Source of the DNA: Dehalococcoidia bacterium | GTDB lineage: Bacteria > Chloroflexota > Dehalococcoidia > UBA2979 | Length of the DNA: 64,000 bases | NCBI GenBank assembly: GCA_964291495.2 | Contig: OZ219871.1 | Coordinates: 352,001 to 416,000 of the forward strand | Direction of reading: 5' to 3' | Shown here: positions 18,476-28,493 of the stretch, one piece after another | How positions within the stretch are numbered: the stretch's first letter is position 1 | Layout: every line of letters starts with the position of its first letter | Made by a program: the position numbers and the translations under genes | Notes under the pieces: generated by a model | Seen by the model: only the letters and a program-made list of their open reading frames with translations | Database searches by the model: none | Told to the model about the DNA's origin: nothing

Positions 18476-20197
18476 TCAGGCGCCGCCCAGCTCGCGCCGC
18501 ATCAGCGCGAGGCCCATCGGCCCCAGCTCGAAGGCGCGCGCGTGGAAGGCCTTGAGGTCGAAGGCATCGCCGAGGCGGCGGCGCGCCGCCTCGCGCGCAT
18601 CGAGCCAGGCGCGCTCGCCCACCTTGTAGCTGATCGCCTGCCCCGGCAGGCCGAGGTAGCGGTCGACCTCGCTGGCGACGAAGTCCGCCGGGAAGTGGCT
18701 GCGCTGCTCGATGAACTCCAGCCCCAGCGCCGGGGTCCAGCGCGCGCCGGGGTGGAAACCGCCCGACGCGTCGCCCTCGGGGATCGAGAGTTCGAGGTGC
18801 ATGCCGATGTCGATCACCACGCGCACGCAGCGCAGCGCCTGCGCGCGCAGCATCCCCAGCTCGTAGTCCGGGTTGTCGAGGTAGCCGAGCTCGCCCATCA
18901 GCTGCTCGGCGTAGAGCGCCCAGCCCTCGACGTAGCCCGAGGTGCCGCCAATCAGGCGCTGCCAGCGCGAGAGCAGCCCGGCCAGCCAGGTCGTCGTCCC
19001 GATCTGCAGGTGGTGGCCGGGGACGCCTTCGTGGTAGGCGATCGAGACTTCGCCCCAGAGCGGGAAGCGCGTCTTGCCGCCCGTCGGATACCAGGTGCGG
19101 CCGGGCCGGCTGAAGTCCTCCGAGGGCCCCGTGTAGTACATCGCCAGCGCGCCGCCGGGCGGCGCGATCAGCGCCTCGATGCGGCGCACGGGCTCGGGGA
19201 TCTCGAAGTGCCGCCCGTGCAGCTCGGCGATCGTCGAGTCCTGCAGTTCCTGCATCCAGCGCTGGAAGGCGTCGACGCCCTCGATCGCGCGATCGGGGTC
19301 CGTCTCCAGCAGCTCCTTCGCCGCCTCGACGCCCCCGCCGGGCAGGATCCGCTCGGCGACCTCCGCCATGCGGCCTTCGATGCGGCGCAGCTCCTCCCAG
19401 CCCCACTCGTACGTCGCGCGCAGGTCGAACTCGTCGCCGTTGTAGACGCGCGCGCCGAGGGCGTAGCGGTCCGGCCCGACGGCGTCGCGCGGCCTCGCGA
19501 GCTGCAGGTAGCGCTGGCGCAGGTAGCGGCCGAAGGCGGCGCAGGCGCCGCTCGCCGCCCCCGCGGCGTTCCGAAGCTCCGCCGCCAGCCCCGGCGACTC
19601 GATGCCCGAGTCCGCGAACTCGTCCGCGAGGCCGTGGAAGAAGCTGGTGGCGCCCTCGCCGTGACCGCTCCAGACCTCCGCCTGCCGGGCGCAGGCCTCG
19701 ACCTGCCGACGCGCCGCCACGCGCTCGCGCCGGATGCCCTCGTCGAGCGTGTCGCGGTAGCGGCTGTACGCCTCGGGCACGCGCGCCATGCGTCGTGCGA
19801 TGTACGCCCAGTCTTGCTCGGTCGCGCGCGGCATCAGGTCGAAGACGCGCCGGATCGACTGGAACGGGCTGGCGAGGATGTTGAGGCCTCGGTAGTGCTC
19901 GCCGGCGGCGTCCAGCTCGAGCGTGAGCCGCAGCCGTTCGGACACCGCCTCGCGCGCGATGCGGTCGCGGTCGTCCTCGGGCTCCGCTGCCTCGAGGGCG
20001 CTCAGCGTCTCGCGATCGAGCCCCGTCCGCGCCTCGTGGCCGGCCGGCGAGAAGTCGGTCAGTTGCTCCTCGTAGCCCGGGATGCCCATCGAGGTCGCGG
20101 CGTTGGGGTGCAGCGCGGCGAGGCGCTCGACGTAGTCGCTGGCGATCGCGTAGATCGCCGACGGCTCGCGGTCTGGTGTTGCTGCGGCGGGCGACAT
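18476..20197 (-). CDS. DUF885 family putative metallopeptidase
   Basis: YHEGVPGHHLQ, EGWALYAE, DIGMH, EVDRY..PGQAISYKVG. Confidence 0.9.
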   Translation of the reverse strand: MSPAAATPDREPSAIYAIASDYVERLAALHPNAATSMGIPGYEEQLTDFSPAGHEARTGLDRETLSALEAAEPEDDRDRIAREAVSERLRLTLELDAAGEHYRGLNILASPFQSIRRVFDLMPRATEQDWAYIARRMARVPEAYSRYRDTLDEGIRRERVAARRQVEACARQAEVWSGHGEGATSFFHGLADEFADSGIESPGLAAELRNAAGAASGACAAFGRYLRQRYLQLARPRDAVGPDRYALGARVYNGDEFDLRATYEWGWEELRRIEGRMAEVAERILPGGGVEAAKELLETDPDRAIEGVDAFQRWMQELQDSTIAELHGRHFEIPEPVRRIEALIAPPGGALAMYYTGPSEDFSRPGRTWYPTGGKTRFPLWGEVSIAYHEGVPGHHLQIGTTTWLAGLLSRWQRLIGGTSGYVEGWALYAEQLMGELGYLDNPDYELGMLRAQALRCVRVVIDIGMHLELSIPEGDASGGFHPGARWTPALGLEFIEQRSHFPADFVASEVDRYLGLPGQAISYKVGERAWLDAREAARRRLGDAFDLKAFHARAFELGPMGLALMRRELGGA

Positions 20198-20209
20198 GGC
20201 GCCTCGAGG

Positions 20210-21187
20210 CTAGAAGGTCGCGATCGGGTTGGCGGGCGAGCCGGTGCCCTGCGCGAGGCGGAGCGGGTTCAGCGTCAGGCAGAACTCCCAGCGATTGCGC
20301 TCCGCGCAGGCCTCGGCGAGCCGTTCGAGGTGGCCGTTGTCGATCAGGCGCAGGCCCAGCGCGACCAGCGAGACCTGGTGCACCGGCAGCATCGTCCTGG
20401 GGTACGCGCCCGGCGGCGTGGCGTCCTGGATGACGTCCGAGCCGAGCAGCGCGACGTCGCGCTCGCGGATCCAGGGCATGCAGGCGACGTTGTAGCCGGA
20501 GTGCTCGGCGGGCGGCTCCCCTCCGGAAGCCGCGGCGGCCTCGACCTGCGCGCCGTAGCCCGTGCGCAGCAGCAGCACGTCGCCCGGCTCCACGCGTACG
20601 CCCTGCGCCTCCTCGGCGGCCTCGAGGTCCTCCGGGAAGACGTGGTCGCCGGGCTCCAGCGTCGTCACGCCCTTCGCGCGGGCGACGTCGAGCAGGACGC
20701 CGCGGCTCATGATGCCGTCCTGCAGCACGTCCGAGGTCTGGACCGTGGCGCCCTCGGAGGCCTTGACCAGCTCGGCGGGGCGACCGTTGTACATCTTGCC
20801 CTGGTAGAAGACGTGGGCGAGCCCGTCGATGTGCGTGAAGACCTGGCCGTGGAAGACGAAGGCGACGTGCTCCGCGGCCCACTCGAGCATCTCGACGCCG
20901 GGGAAGAGCGGGTGGCCGGGGTTGTCGCCGAGGGCGTAGCGCTCGCCGGTCTGGACCATGTGGATCAGCGGGTTGGCGGCGCCCATCGCCATCGGACCGG
21001 GGAAGGGGATCTGCCGCGAGCAGGAGACGCTGACGCCGTCCTGCACCAGCGAGGCGGCCTGCCTGCGCTTCTCGGGCGTAATCAGGTTGAGCGTGCCGAG
21101 GAGGTCGTCATCCCCCCAGCGCCCCCAGTTGCTCAGGGAGTCGAAGTAGCCGATCACCTCGTCCTGCGTAGGTGGCGTCCCCATCAT
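20210..21187 (-). CDS. cyclase (kynurenine formamidase-like) family metal-dependent hydrolase
   Basis: NWGRWG.DD.LGTLN, THIDGLAH, RGVLLD, GDVLLLRTG, GSPANPIA. Confidence 0.88.
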   Translation of the reverse strand: MMGTPPTQDEVIGYFDSLSNWGRWGDDDLLGTLNLITPEKRRQAASLVQDGVSVSCSRQIPFPGPMAMGAANPLIHMVQTGERYALGDNPGHPLFPGVEMLEWAAEHVAFVFHGQVFTHIDGLAHVFYQGKMYNGRPAELVKASEGATVQTSDVLQDGIMSRGVLLDVARAKGVTTLEPGDHVFPEDLEAAEEAQGVRVEPGDVLLLRTGYGAQVEAAAASGGEPPAEHSGYNVACMPWIRERDVALLGSDVIQDATPPGAYPRTMLPVHQVSLVALGLRLIDNGHLERLAEACAERNRWEFCLTLNPLRLAQGTGSPANPIATF

Positions 21188-21310
21188 TCGGCCTCCTCCA
21201 CGCGCCGCTCCGGGCCCCCGCGCGGGCCCGCGGCGATGCTACACCAGCGCCGCGCTCCATTCCCGCGCCCGATGGAGGCCTTCGCGTAGCCCTCACCTCG
21301 AGGCAGCGAG

Positions 21311-21516
21311 CGCATCCCCTCCGGTCCCCTCTCCCCCAGGGAGAGGGTCAGGGTGAGGGAGGGTCCGCCTTCCGGGATTGCGTTGAGCCATCGGGGGTTC
21401 CGGAGGTGCGCGGGAGTCTTCCCCTCACCCCCGCCCTCTCCCCCAGGGAGAGGGAGCCGGATCGGGCTTGTGGAAGTCCGCAAAGGTCTCCGATGAGAGT
21501 GGGTGAGGGGGATGCG
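21311..21516. repeat. REP/MITE-like palindromic element (copy B)
   Basis: Inverted homolog of copy A; 9-bp terminal inverted repeat CGCATCCCC/GGGGATGCG. Confidence 0.9.
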
Positions 21517-21539
21517 GCGGCGCCTACGCGACGCCCCAG

Positions 21540-22064
21540 CTAGTAGCGGATGTTGATCGAGGTGCGCAGGCGCACCAGTTCGCCGTGCTGGTTCTCCCAG
21601 CGGATGCTCGTGTAGGTGAAGAGGGTGAGGCCGAGGCGGCCGGTGCGCTCGTCCCACTTCGTGAGGGCGAACGTCTCCGCGATGCGGTCGCCGGGGCGCA
21701 TTGGGACGCCGTAGACGTCATCCTGGCCGCCGTTCATGCCGTGCTGGCCCGGCGCGTTGGGGTCGGGCGGCGTCTGCGGGCGCGGCAGGTTGTTGTCCGC
21801 CTCCCAGAACTGCCGCCCCGTCGGCGTGTCGATCTGCCACGCGAAGGGGTTGAACTCAGGAGGCGCGATGATTCCGCCCCAGCGCGTCGTCTTCGCGTAC
21901 TCCTCGTCCCAGAACAAGCGCGGCGGCTTCTCCGGGTAGTAGGTCGCGATCGCCCAGCGGCGGATGTCGGAGGCCTCGATCGGCAGCGACCACGACGGCT
22001 CGCTCCAGGCGTCGAGCGCCTCGCGCATCTGCGGCGTGACCAGCGTGTCGACTCCCTCGGCCAT
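21540..22064 (-). CDS. MaoC-like dehydratase N-terminal (hot-dog fold) protein
   Basis: DIRRWAIA, A..TRWGGIIAPP, NGG, PMRPGD, NQHGELV. Confidence 0.8.
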   Translation of the reverse strand: MAEGVDTLVTPQMREALDAWSEPSWSLPIEASDIRRWAIATYYPEKPPRLFWDEEYAKTTRWGGIIAPPEFNPFAWQIDTPTGRQFWEADNNLPRPQTPPDPNAPGQHGMNGGQDDVYGVPMRPGDRIAETFALTKWDERTGRLGLTLFTYTSIRWENQHGELVRLRTSINIRY

Positions 22065-22151
22065 CGCGCCCCTCCCCGCGTCGCCCTGACGCCGCGAGCA
22101 TACCGCGCCGCGCGGTGCGATGACGGCGACGGCTCGCTGACTACGATCGGG

Positions 22152-22239
22152 TGGCGGAGGGGGTGGGATTCGAACCCACGACAGCTTGCACTGCGACGGT
22201 GTTCAAGACCGCTCCCTTAAACCACTCGGGCACCCCTCC
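22152..22239 (-). tRNA. tRNA-Ser (anticodon TGA)
   Basis: GGAGGGG acceptor stem, GCGGT-CTTGAAC-ACCGT anticodon arm, long variable arm, GTTCGAATC T-loop, G73 and encoded CCA. Confidence 0.95.
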
Positions 22240-22342
22240 ACCTTCCATTGTAGGTCCGCACCCCCGCGGACCGGGCGCGCGCCCGATCGCGCGCGCTATG
22301 CTGCGGCCCGCAACGAGTGCAACCGGCGAGAGGAGCCAGAGG

Positions 22343-23296
22343 ATGTCCACGGTCAACACCGCCCGAGGCCCGGTCGACACCTCCGAGCTCGGCCGCACCT
22401 TCATGCACGAGCACATCTCGCTCGGCGGGACGGACGTCTTCGCGAACTGGCCCGAGCTGAACGACGCCCCGGCCTGCCTCGAGGCCGCGACCACGCGCTT
22501 CGCGCAACTCGACGAGCGCGGCGTCGGCAGCGTCGTCGACGTGACGCCTGCGAACCTCGGACGCGACATCGCGCTGATCGAGCAGGTGCAGGCCTCGACG
22601 AGCGTGAACATCATCGTGGCGACGGGGATGTACTGGAACGTCCCGCTCTACTGGCACGGCCGCGACCCGGACGAGCTGGCCGACGCCTTCGTGCGCGAGA
22701 TCGAGCAGGGCATCGGCGAGTCCTCGGTGCGCGCCGGCATCATCAAGCTCGCCTCGCATATGACCCTCGACGAGGTAAACGAGGCCGTGCTGCGCGCCGG
22801 CGCGCGCGCCCACCGCCGCAGCGGCGTGCCGATCACGACGCACGCGATGCCGCAGGCGTTCGGCCTGGAGCAGCAACGCATCTTCCGCGAGGAGGGCGTG
22901 GACCTCTCGCGCACCATCATCGGGCACCAGGGCAACGAGCCGACGTCGGACTTCTACCGCCGGTTGATGGACGCCGGGAGCCTGATCGGCGTCGACAACT
23001 TCGGCATCGAGATCGGCAGCCCGGACTGGCACGACTCGCAGGGCCGCATCGAGGTGATCGCGGAGCTCTGCGCCGACGGTTACGCCGACCGCATCGTGCT
23101 CTCGCACGACAGCATGTGCTGCATCCACTGGGGGCAGGTGCAGGCGCTCCGCCAGGCGAACCCGAACTGGACCTCGACGTACATCCCGGACGTGATCGCA
23201 CCCGCCATGCTCGACCGCGGCATCAGCGAGGCGCACCTGGAGCAGATGCTCGTCACCAACCCGCGACGGGTGTTCGAGACGCAGGGCGCTTACTAG
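22343..23296 (+). CDS. phosphotriesterase-family (PTE/PLL) hydrolase
   Basis: MHEH, LGRD, GIIK, TTH, IGH, LSHD, NPRR. Confidence 0.9.
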   Translation: MSTVNTARGPVDTSELGRTFMHEHISLGGTDVFANWPELNDAPACLEAATTRFAQLDERGVGSVVDVTPANLGRDIALIEQVQASTSVNIIVATGMYWNVPLYWHGRDPDELADAFVREIEQGIGESSVRAGIIKLASHMTLDEVNEAVLRAGARAHRRSGVPITTHAMPQAFGLEQQRIFREEGVDLSRTIIGHQGNEPTSDFYRRLMDAGSLIGVDNFGIEIGSPDWHDSQGRIEVIAELCADGYADRIVLSHDSMCCIHWGQVQALRQANPNWTSTYIPDVIAPAMLDRGISEAHLEQMLVTNPRRVFETQGAY

Positions 23297-23320
23297 GGAG
23301 GCCGGCCTGGCGCCGGCGCC

Positions 23321-23998
23321 TCAGTACCAGATCGCGACCTCGCGGCCCTCGATGCGCTGAGGCGGATCGGGTAGCGAGCGGGCCTCGCCGCGGGCGATGC
23401 GGGCGGCCGTCCAGGCGCAGGCCACCGCGTCCACGATGTCGTCCGCCGCCCCGTGGCGGCTCGCCTCGCCGACGAGGTCGGGGACCGCGAGGCTCGCCGC
23501 GGCCAGCAGCGCGCGCCGCTGCAACAGCCCGTCCCACGTCTTCTTCGAGGGCAACGTCCGCCCGGCTGAGAGCGCGGTGAACGTAACCTCGGGATGTACC
23601 TCGTAGACGCAGGCGCCCTCGGCCGCGATCTCGCGTACCTGCCGGATCTTCGCAATCAGCGCGAAGCTCTGGCGCGATAGACCCTTCCCGCTCACCCGCC
23701 TCGACGCCTCGTTCGCCTCCTCGTAGCTCGCCGCGTGGAGGGCGGCCAACGGAGGCGCCTTGAAGATGCTCGATGCGCGTCCCGTCGGGAGGAACCGGCG
23801 AGCCTCCCTGTCGGCCTCACGATCTCCGGTGGCGCTGAGGTGGATCGGTATGTCGAAGGCGAACGCCTCGGCGTTCGGGTACGCCTTGAGGGCGACGCGG
23901 GCCGACTCGACAAACTCGATGGTGGCCAGCCGTCCGTCTTCGACGACGGCGGCGATCCAGCCGGTAGGACAGCCATCGAGGCCGACCGCAACGCCCAT
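23321..23998 (-). CDS. DUF429 family protein (predicted RNase H-like nuclease)
   Basis: GLDGCPTGW, DIPI, R.ADREAR, EVHPE, DD.VDA. Confidence 0.85.
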   Translation of the reverse strand: MGVAVGLDGCPTGWIAAVVEDGRLATIEFVESARVALKAYPNAEAFAFDIPIHLSATGDREADREARRFLPTGRASSIFKAPPLAALHAASYEEANEASRRVSGKGLSRQSFALIAKIRQVREIAAEGACVYEVHPEVTFTALSAGRTLPSKKTWDGLLQRRALLAAASLAVPDLVGEASRHGAADDIVDAVACAWTAARIARGEARSLPDPPQRIEGREVAIWY

Positions 23999-24051
23999 CG
24001 CACCCCTCGCGCCCGTCCGGTACCCGCGAATTCACCCGCGACGCCGGATGA

Positions 24052-24924
24052 TCAGCCCTCCTGGAGCTCCGCGAGGTGGTCCTGGGCGAAGCGCTCGATC
24101 AGCTCGGGAACGCGGTCCGTTTCGCGGAAGTCGACGGTCGTCAACGCGTGCTGGACGCCGGCGTCGCGGAGCGCCGCGAGACCATCGGCGGCGGCCTCCA
24201 TCCCGTCCGCGCTGATCACGACGTGAGAGTGGATCGCGACCGTCAGGTCGACGGGATCGCGCCCTTCGGCTTCGGCGGCGTCGTGGAGCATCCCGATGTG
24301 CTTGCGCAGCAGCGGGGCCTCGGCGCCTCGGGAGATCCAGCCGTCGCCCCAGCGGGCGGCGCGGCGGAACTGCTGCGGGCTGTTGCCGCCCATCCAGATC
24401 GGCAACCGCCGCGGCGGGACCGGCCGCGAGATCCAGCCGCCCACCTGGTGGAACTCGCCCTCGAAGTCGACCGGCTCGCCGGTCCAGAAGGCGCGGTACA
24501 GCTGCAGCATCTCGTCCGTGCGTCGCCCGCGGCGGTCCCAGGGCATCGAGAGCACCTCGAACTCCTCGCGCGCCCAGCCGATGCCCGCGCCGAGGATCAC
24601 GCGGCCGCCGGCGAGGTGATCGAGGCTGGCGAGGATCTTGGCGTGCAGCACGGGCTGGCGCATCGGCACGACGAGCACGGAGACGCCGAGATCGACGCGC
24701 TCGGTGATTGCGGCGAGGAAGGCCATCGTCGCGAGCGGCTCGAGGAAGGCCTCCTCGACCTTGAAGGGCGCGCGGTGCTCGCTGTCGTGCCGGCGGGGCA
24801 TCACGACGTGATCGGAGACCCAGAGCGAGTCGAAGCCGTGCGCCTCGGCGGCGCGGGCGTGCGCCTCGATGTGCTCGGGCGTCGCCCGCCAGCCGAACAT
24901 CGGCACCCGCAGTCCGACCTTCAT
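24052..24924 (-). CDS. LLM class (probably F420-dependent) oxidoreductase
   Basis: GFDSLWVSDHVV, VLVVPMRQP, GRVILGAGIGW.REEF, PIWMGG. Confidence 0.88.
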   Translation of the reverse strand: MKVGLRVPMFGWRATPEHIEAHARAAEAHGFDSLWVSDHVVMPRRHDSEHRAPFKVEEAFLEPLATMAFLAAITERVDLGVSVLVVPMRQPVLHAKILASLDHLAGGRVILGAGIGWAREEFEVLSMPWDRRGRRTDEMLQLYRAFWTGEPVDFEGEFHQVGGWISRPVPPRRLPIWMGGNSPQQFRRAARWGDGWISRGAEAPLLRKHIGMLHDAAEAEGRDPVDLTVAIHSHVVISADGMEAAADGLAALRDAGVQHALTTVDFRETDRVPELIERFAQDHLAELQEG

Positions 24925-24968
24925 GCTGCTCCTCCCTCGATGGCTACGCTGGGCCGGGAGCCTGGAGG

Positions 24969-25376
24969 CTACGACGGCGAGACGTCCAGGCCTTCAGCGG
25001 TGGCGGCGCGAGCCAGTTGCGCATCAAGCGTCGCCAGCGGCGCTCCGCGCCGCACGCCCAGTTCCAGGTACAGCGCGTCGTAGAAGGACAGGCCGTGGTC
25101 GCGTGCCAGGTTGAGGGCCACCTGCAGATCGGCCTCTCGATCCGTTTCGATGGGCAGCCATGTCAGTTTGTCCAGGAATTCAACGGCGTCACTCCCGCCG
25201 AGGCGGCCCCGTCGCTCTGCGACCAGCAGTGTGTTTCGCACTTCGTAGTGCCAGAGCGGCGGTACAACTGCCCCTTCCTCGCTGAGCTGCGCGATGGCTG
25301 CTTCGGTGCCCGGATCGAACTCATCCTCGAGGAGCCAGGACGCTGCGACAGAAGCGTCGAGAACGAGAAGGTTCAC
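24969..25376 (-). CDS. vapC: type II TA toxin, VapC/PIN domain
   Basis: VLDASVA, EVRN, LSFYDALYL, LATLD; GTGA overlap with antitoxin. Confidence 0.9.
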   Translation of the reverse strand: MNLLVLDASVAASWLLEDEFDPGTEAAIAQLSEEGAVVPPLWHYEVRNTLLVAERRGRLGGSDAVEFLDKLTWLPIETDREADLQVALNLARDHGLSFYDALYLELGVRRGAPLATLDAQLARAATAEGLDVSPS

Positions 25377-25624
25377 ATGCGGTGCCCCTCATGACGAGCC
25401 GCGAGAATCTCTTCCCGGGTCATCCCGGTGGGCGCCCGGTTAGCCCGCCACTCAAGGAATCGGTTTACCGCCTCCTCACGCTCAGCCCGTTCCCGGGCCT
25501 GAGCGGGGACCATGTGAACAATGGTCTTACCATGCCGCGTGATCGCGACAGTCTCGCCGTGCTCCACATCGCGCAGGATCTCGGCAAAGCGCGTTCGGGC
25601 CTCGGTCGCTTGAATCTCTCGCAT
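25373..25624 (-). CDS. type II TA antitoxin, Phd/YefM family
   Basis: IQATEARTRFAEILRDVEHGETVAITRHGK; GGTCG-TTT-CGACC palindrome upstream (25640-25652). Confidence 0.9.
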   Translation of the reverse strand: MREIQATEARTRFAEILRDVEHGETVAITRHGKTIVHMVPAQARERAEREEAVNRFLEWRANRAPTGMTREEILAARHEGHRM

Positions 25625-25665
25625 TGCGCACTTCCTACCGGTCGTTTCGACCAGTCAATATTACA

Positions 25666-26967
25666 CTATCCCACTGCGCCACAGGCCTGCAGCGCCTCGA
25701 TCTCCGCGTCGCCGAGCCCCGCCTCGCGCAGCACGTCGGCGCCGTGGCGGCCGAGGGGTGGCGCGGGGCCGGCGGCCCGCACGGGCGTGACGGACATCTC
25801 GAACAGCGAGGCGAGCTGTTGCTGCTCGCCCGTGATCGGATCGTCGATCGCGGTGAAGAGCGGCCCGGCCTGCGGGTCGTCGGCGAGCTGCGGCGAGAAG
25901 TGCATCGGCGCGACCGGCGCGCCGGCGGCCCGGAACTCCTCGACCCACTCGGCGACGGGCCGCGTGCGAATCAGTGCCGCCAGCTCCTTCCGCAATTCCT
26001 CGATCTCCAGCAGCATCTGCGGGTCCAGCGGGTCGAAGTCCGGGTCGTCCCCGCCCTCGTCGCGGGTGCCGAGGACGCCGCGAATCGCCTCGCGGTGCCC
26101 GGGCGAGGTCGCGCCGAGGACGAGCGGGCCGTCCTTGGCCATGTAGACGGACTGGTAGAGCCGCCGCACCGCGCCGAGCTGGCGCAGCGGGTTGCCGTCG
26201 CCCCAGGCGTCGGCGACCTCGGCGAAGCCCGCGCCGTCCTCGATCAGCGTGCGGACGCGATCGAAGGCGGGCATCGAGAAGACGGCGTCGGAGACCGGCT
26301 CGCGCATCACCGAGCTGCCGATCGCGGCCATCGCCCCGCGCAGCAGCGAGGCGTCGACCAGCTGCCCCTCGCCCGTGCGCGCGTGGTGGTGGACCGCCCC
26401 GACGATGCCGAGGGCGGTCCCAACCCCGGCGATCAGATCGGCCACCCACATCGACTGCGTGCCGATCGGGGTGCCCTCGGCGTCGAGGCGGCCCTCGTCG
26501 GCCATCATCCCGGAGTAGGCCTGCACGATCAGGTCGATCGCCGGGTCGTCGGCGAGCGGGCCGCTCGCGCCGAAACCGGTGATGCGCGCGTAGATGACGT
26601 CCGGCCGGTGCGCCGCGATCGTCTCGTAGTCGATGCCGAGCGAGCGCGCGACGTTGAGCCGGAAGTTGTTCATCACCACGTCGAAGCGCGGCAACAGGCG
26701 CTCGTAGACGAGCGCTCGCGCCTCGGGCCGTTCGAGGTCGAGCACGAGGCTGCGTTTGCCGCGGTTGAGCCACTGGAAGCGCTTGCTGGTGCCGGGCGCG
26801 ATGCTGCCGCTGCGGCGCGTGCGGTCGCCGTTGGGCGACTCGACCTTGACGACGTCGGCGCCCATGTCGGCGAGCAGCATCCCGGCGAGCGGCGCGGCGA
26901 TGATCTGCGAGAACTCGAGCACGCGCGTCCCGGTCAGCGGTCCCGCCCGTTGCGCCTCGGCCATCAC
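25666..26967 (-). CDS. class III CoA-transferase (CaiB/BaiF family)
   Basis: PLTGTRVLE, LADMGADVVKVE, NRGKRS, ITGFG..GP, catalytic Asp in WVADLIAG. Confidence 0.92.
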   Translation of the reverse strand: MMAEAQRAGPLTGTRVLEFSQIIAAPLAGMLLADMGADVVKVESPNGDRTRRSGSIAPGTSKRFQWLNRGKRSLVLDLERPEARALVYERLLPRFDVVMNNFRLNVARSLGIDYETIAAHRPDVIYARITGFGASGPLADDPAIDLIVQAYSGMMADEGRLDAEGTPIGTQSMWVADLIAGVGTALGIVGAVHHHARTGEGQLVDASLLRGAMAAIGSSVMREPVSDAVFSMPAFDRVRTLIEDGAGFAEVADAWGDGNPLRQLGAVRRLYQSVYMAKDGPLVLGATSPGHREAIRGVLGTRDEGGDDPDFDPLDPQMLLEIEELRKELAALIRTRPVAEWVEEFRAAGAPVAPMHFSPQLADDPQAGPLFTAIDDPITGEQQQLASLFEMSVTPVRAAGPAPPLGRHGADVLREAGLGDAEIEALQACGAVG

Positions 26968-27090
26968 GCCCTCCCCGTGGACTGCCAGGTCCGCACGGCG
27001 GGGATTCTAGCCCGGCGAGGCCGCAGGTTCCGGGCGACGGCGAGGCCGTAGAATCGAGCACACGCCGCACCCCTCGGATGGAGGCCCACC

Positions 27091-28476
27091 ATGACCCTCG
27101 CACGCGACCTCGCAGCAGCCATCTCGGCACTCGACCGCACGAACCTCGACGGCGAGGCGGTGCGCTGGGCGCAGCTCGGCATCGCCGACGCGATCGCCTG
27201 CGCGATCGCCGGATCGCACGAGGCCGCGCCGCGGCTGGCGATGGCAGCCGTGGGCGCCGACAGGGAGGAGGGGCCGTGCCTGCTGCTTGGCCTCGGCCGC
27301 CGCACGGGGCCGCTCAGCGCGGCGCTCGTCAACGGCGTCGCGGCGCACGCGCTCGACTTCGACGACGTGAACGACGTCCTCGGCGGACACCCCTCGGCGC
27401 CGCTCGTGCCCGCGCTGCTCGCCCTCGGCGAGGCCGACGGGGCGAGCGGGAGCGAGCTGCTGCTCGCCTACGTCGCCGGTTTCGAGACGGAGTGCAAGAT
27501 CGGGCTCGCCGTCAACTTCCACCACTACGACAAGGGCTGGCACCCCACCGCCACGCTCGGCGTCTTCGGCGCGGCGGCCGCCTCGGCGAAGCTCCTGCGC
27601 CTGAGCGAGGAGGAGACGGCGACGGCGCTCTCGATCGCCGCCTCCTTCGCGAGCGGGCTGAAGGCCAACTTCGGGACGATGACCAAGCCGCTGCACGTCG
27701 GGCACGCCTCGCGCAACGGCGCCTTCGCCGCGCTGCTCGCGCGGGAGGGCTTCACCGCCGGTGAGGCCGCCTTCGAGCACGAGATGGGCTTCTTCGAGGT
27801 CTACAACGGCCCCGGAACCTACGACGCCTCGCGCGTGCTCGGGGAGTGGGCGGACCCGCTCTCCGTGGTCGAGCCGGGCGTCGGGGTGAAGCCCTACCCC
27901 TGCTGCGGCAGCACGCACGCGCCGATCGACGCCGTGCGCGCGCTGGTCTCGGCCAGGAACATCGCCCCCGAGGACATCGTGTCCGTGCGCGTGCTCGCCC
28001 ACCCGAGCCGCATCCCGCACATCGACCGCCCCGAGGTGCACACCGGCCTCGAGGGCAAGTTCTCGATCCAGTACTGCGTCGCCCGCGCCATCCACGACGG
28101 TGCGCTTCGGCTAAGCCACTTCGAGGACAGCCTGGCGACGGAGGCCGCCGTACAGGCGCTGATGCCCGGCGTAAGCATCGAGCCCGGCGTGCCGCGCGAG
28201 TCCGACGAGCGCCTCGCCGTGCGCGTCGAGATCGCCACCCGCGACGGCGCGACGCACGACTGGCGCGTCGAGGAGGCGATCGGCACGGGCGGCGCGCGAT
28301 CGCCGATCCCGGAGGCCGACTTCCGCAGCAAGTTCGAGGACTGCTGCACGCGCGCGATCAGCAGCGAAGCCACGGATCGCCTCTACGCGCTCTGCTTCGA
28401 CCTCGACGGCGTCGCCAGCGTCTCCGACCTCACGGCGACGGTCGCCGAGGGGGCGCGGGCGGCAGTGGCGGGCTAG
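27091..28476 (+). CDS. MmgE/PrpD family protein
   Basis: NGVAAHALDFDD, HPS, GWHPT, KPLHVG, KPYPCC, KFS. Confidence 0.92.
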   Translation: MTLARDLAAAISALDRTNLDGEAVRWAQLGIADAIACAIAGSHEAAPRLAMAAVGADREEGPCLLLGLGRRTGPLSAALVNGVAAHALDFDDVNDVLGGHPSAPLVPALLALGEADGASGSELLLAYVAGFETECKIGLAVNFHHYDKGWHPTATLGVFGAAAASAKLLRLSEEETATALSIAASFASGLKANFGTMTKPLHVGHASRNGAFAALLAREGFTAGEAAFEHEMGFFEVYNGPGTYDASRVLGEWADPLSVVEPGVGVKPYPCCGSTHAPIDAVRALVSARNIAPEDIVSVRVLAHPSRIPHIDRPEVHTGLEGKFSIQYCVARAIHDGALRLSHFEDSLATEAAVQALMPGVSIEPGVPRESDERLAVRVEIATRDGATHDWRVEEAIGTGGARSPIPEADFRSKFEDCCTRAISSEATDRLYALCFDLDGVASVSDLTATVAEGARAAVAG

Positions 28477-28493
28477 CGGGACAGGGGCCCGAC

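Noticed and set aside
17595-20882. 1095-aa ORF, and similar giant ORFs (36429-39602, 18542-21289, 6896-9190, 57635-59752)
   Set aside because: Arg/Ala/Gly-rich alternative-frame or antisense artefacts overlapping well-supported genes; only the terminal parts of the first two (ECH, livG) are real.
22152-22239. tRNA-Sec, or an island integration site
   Set aside because: The anticodon is TGA (Ser) with a 7-bp acceptor stem; I found no duplicated tRNA 3' end or integrase in the window.
24925-25665. Flanking direct repeats around this and the other VapC modules, as seen for higBA
   Set aside because: By-eye comparison of the flanks found only short matches of about 8 bp or less, expected by chance at this GC content.
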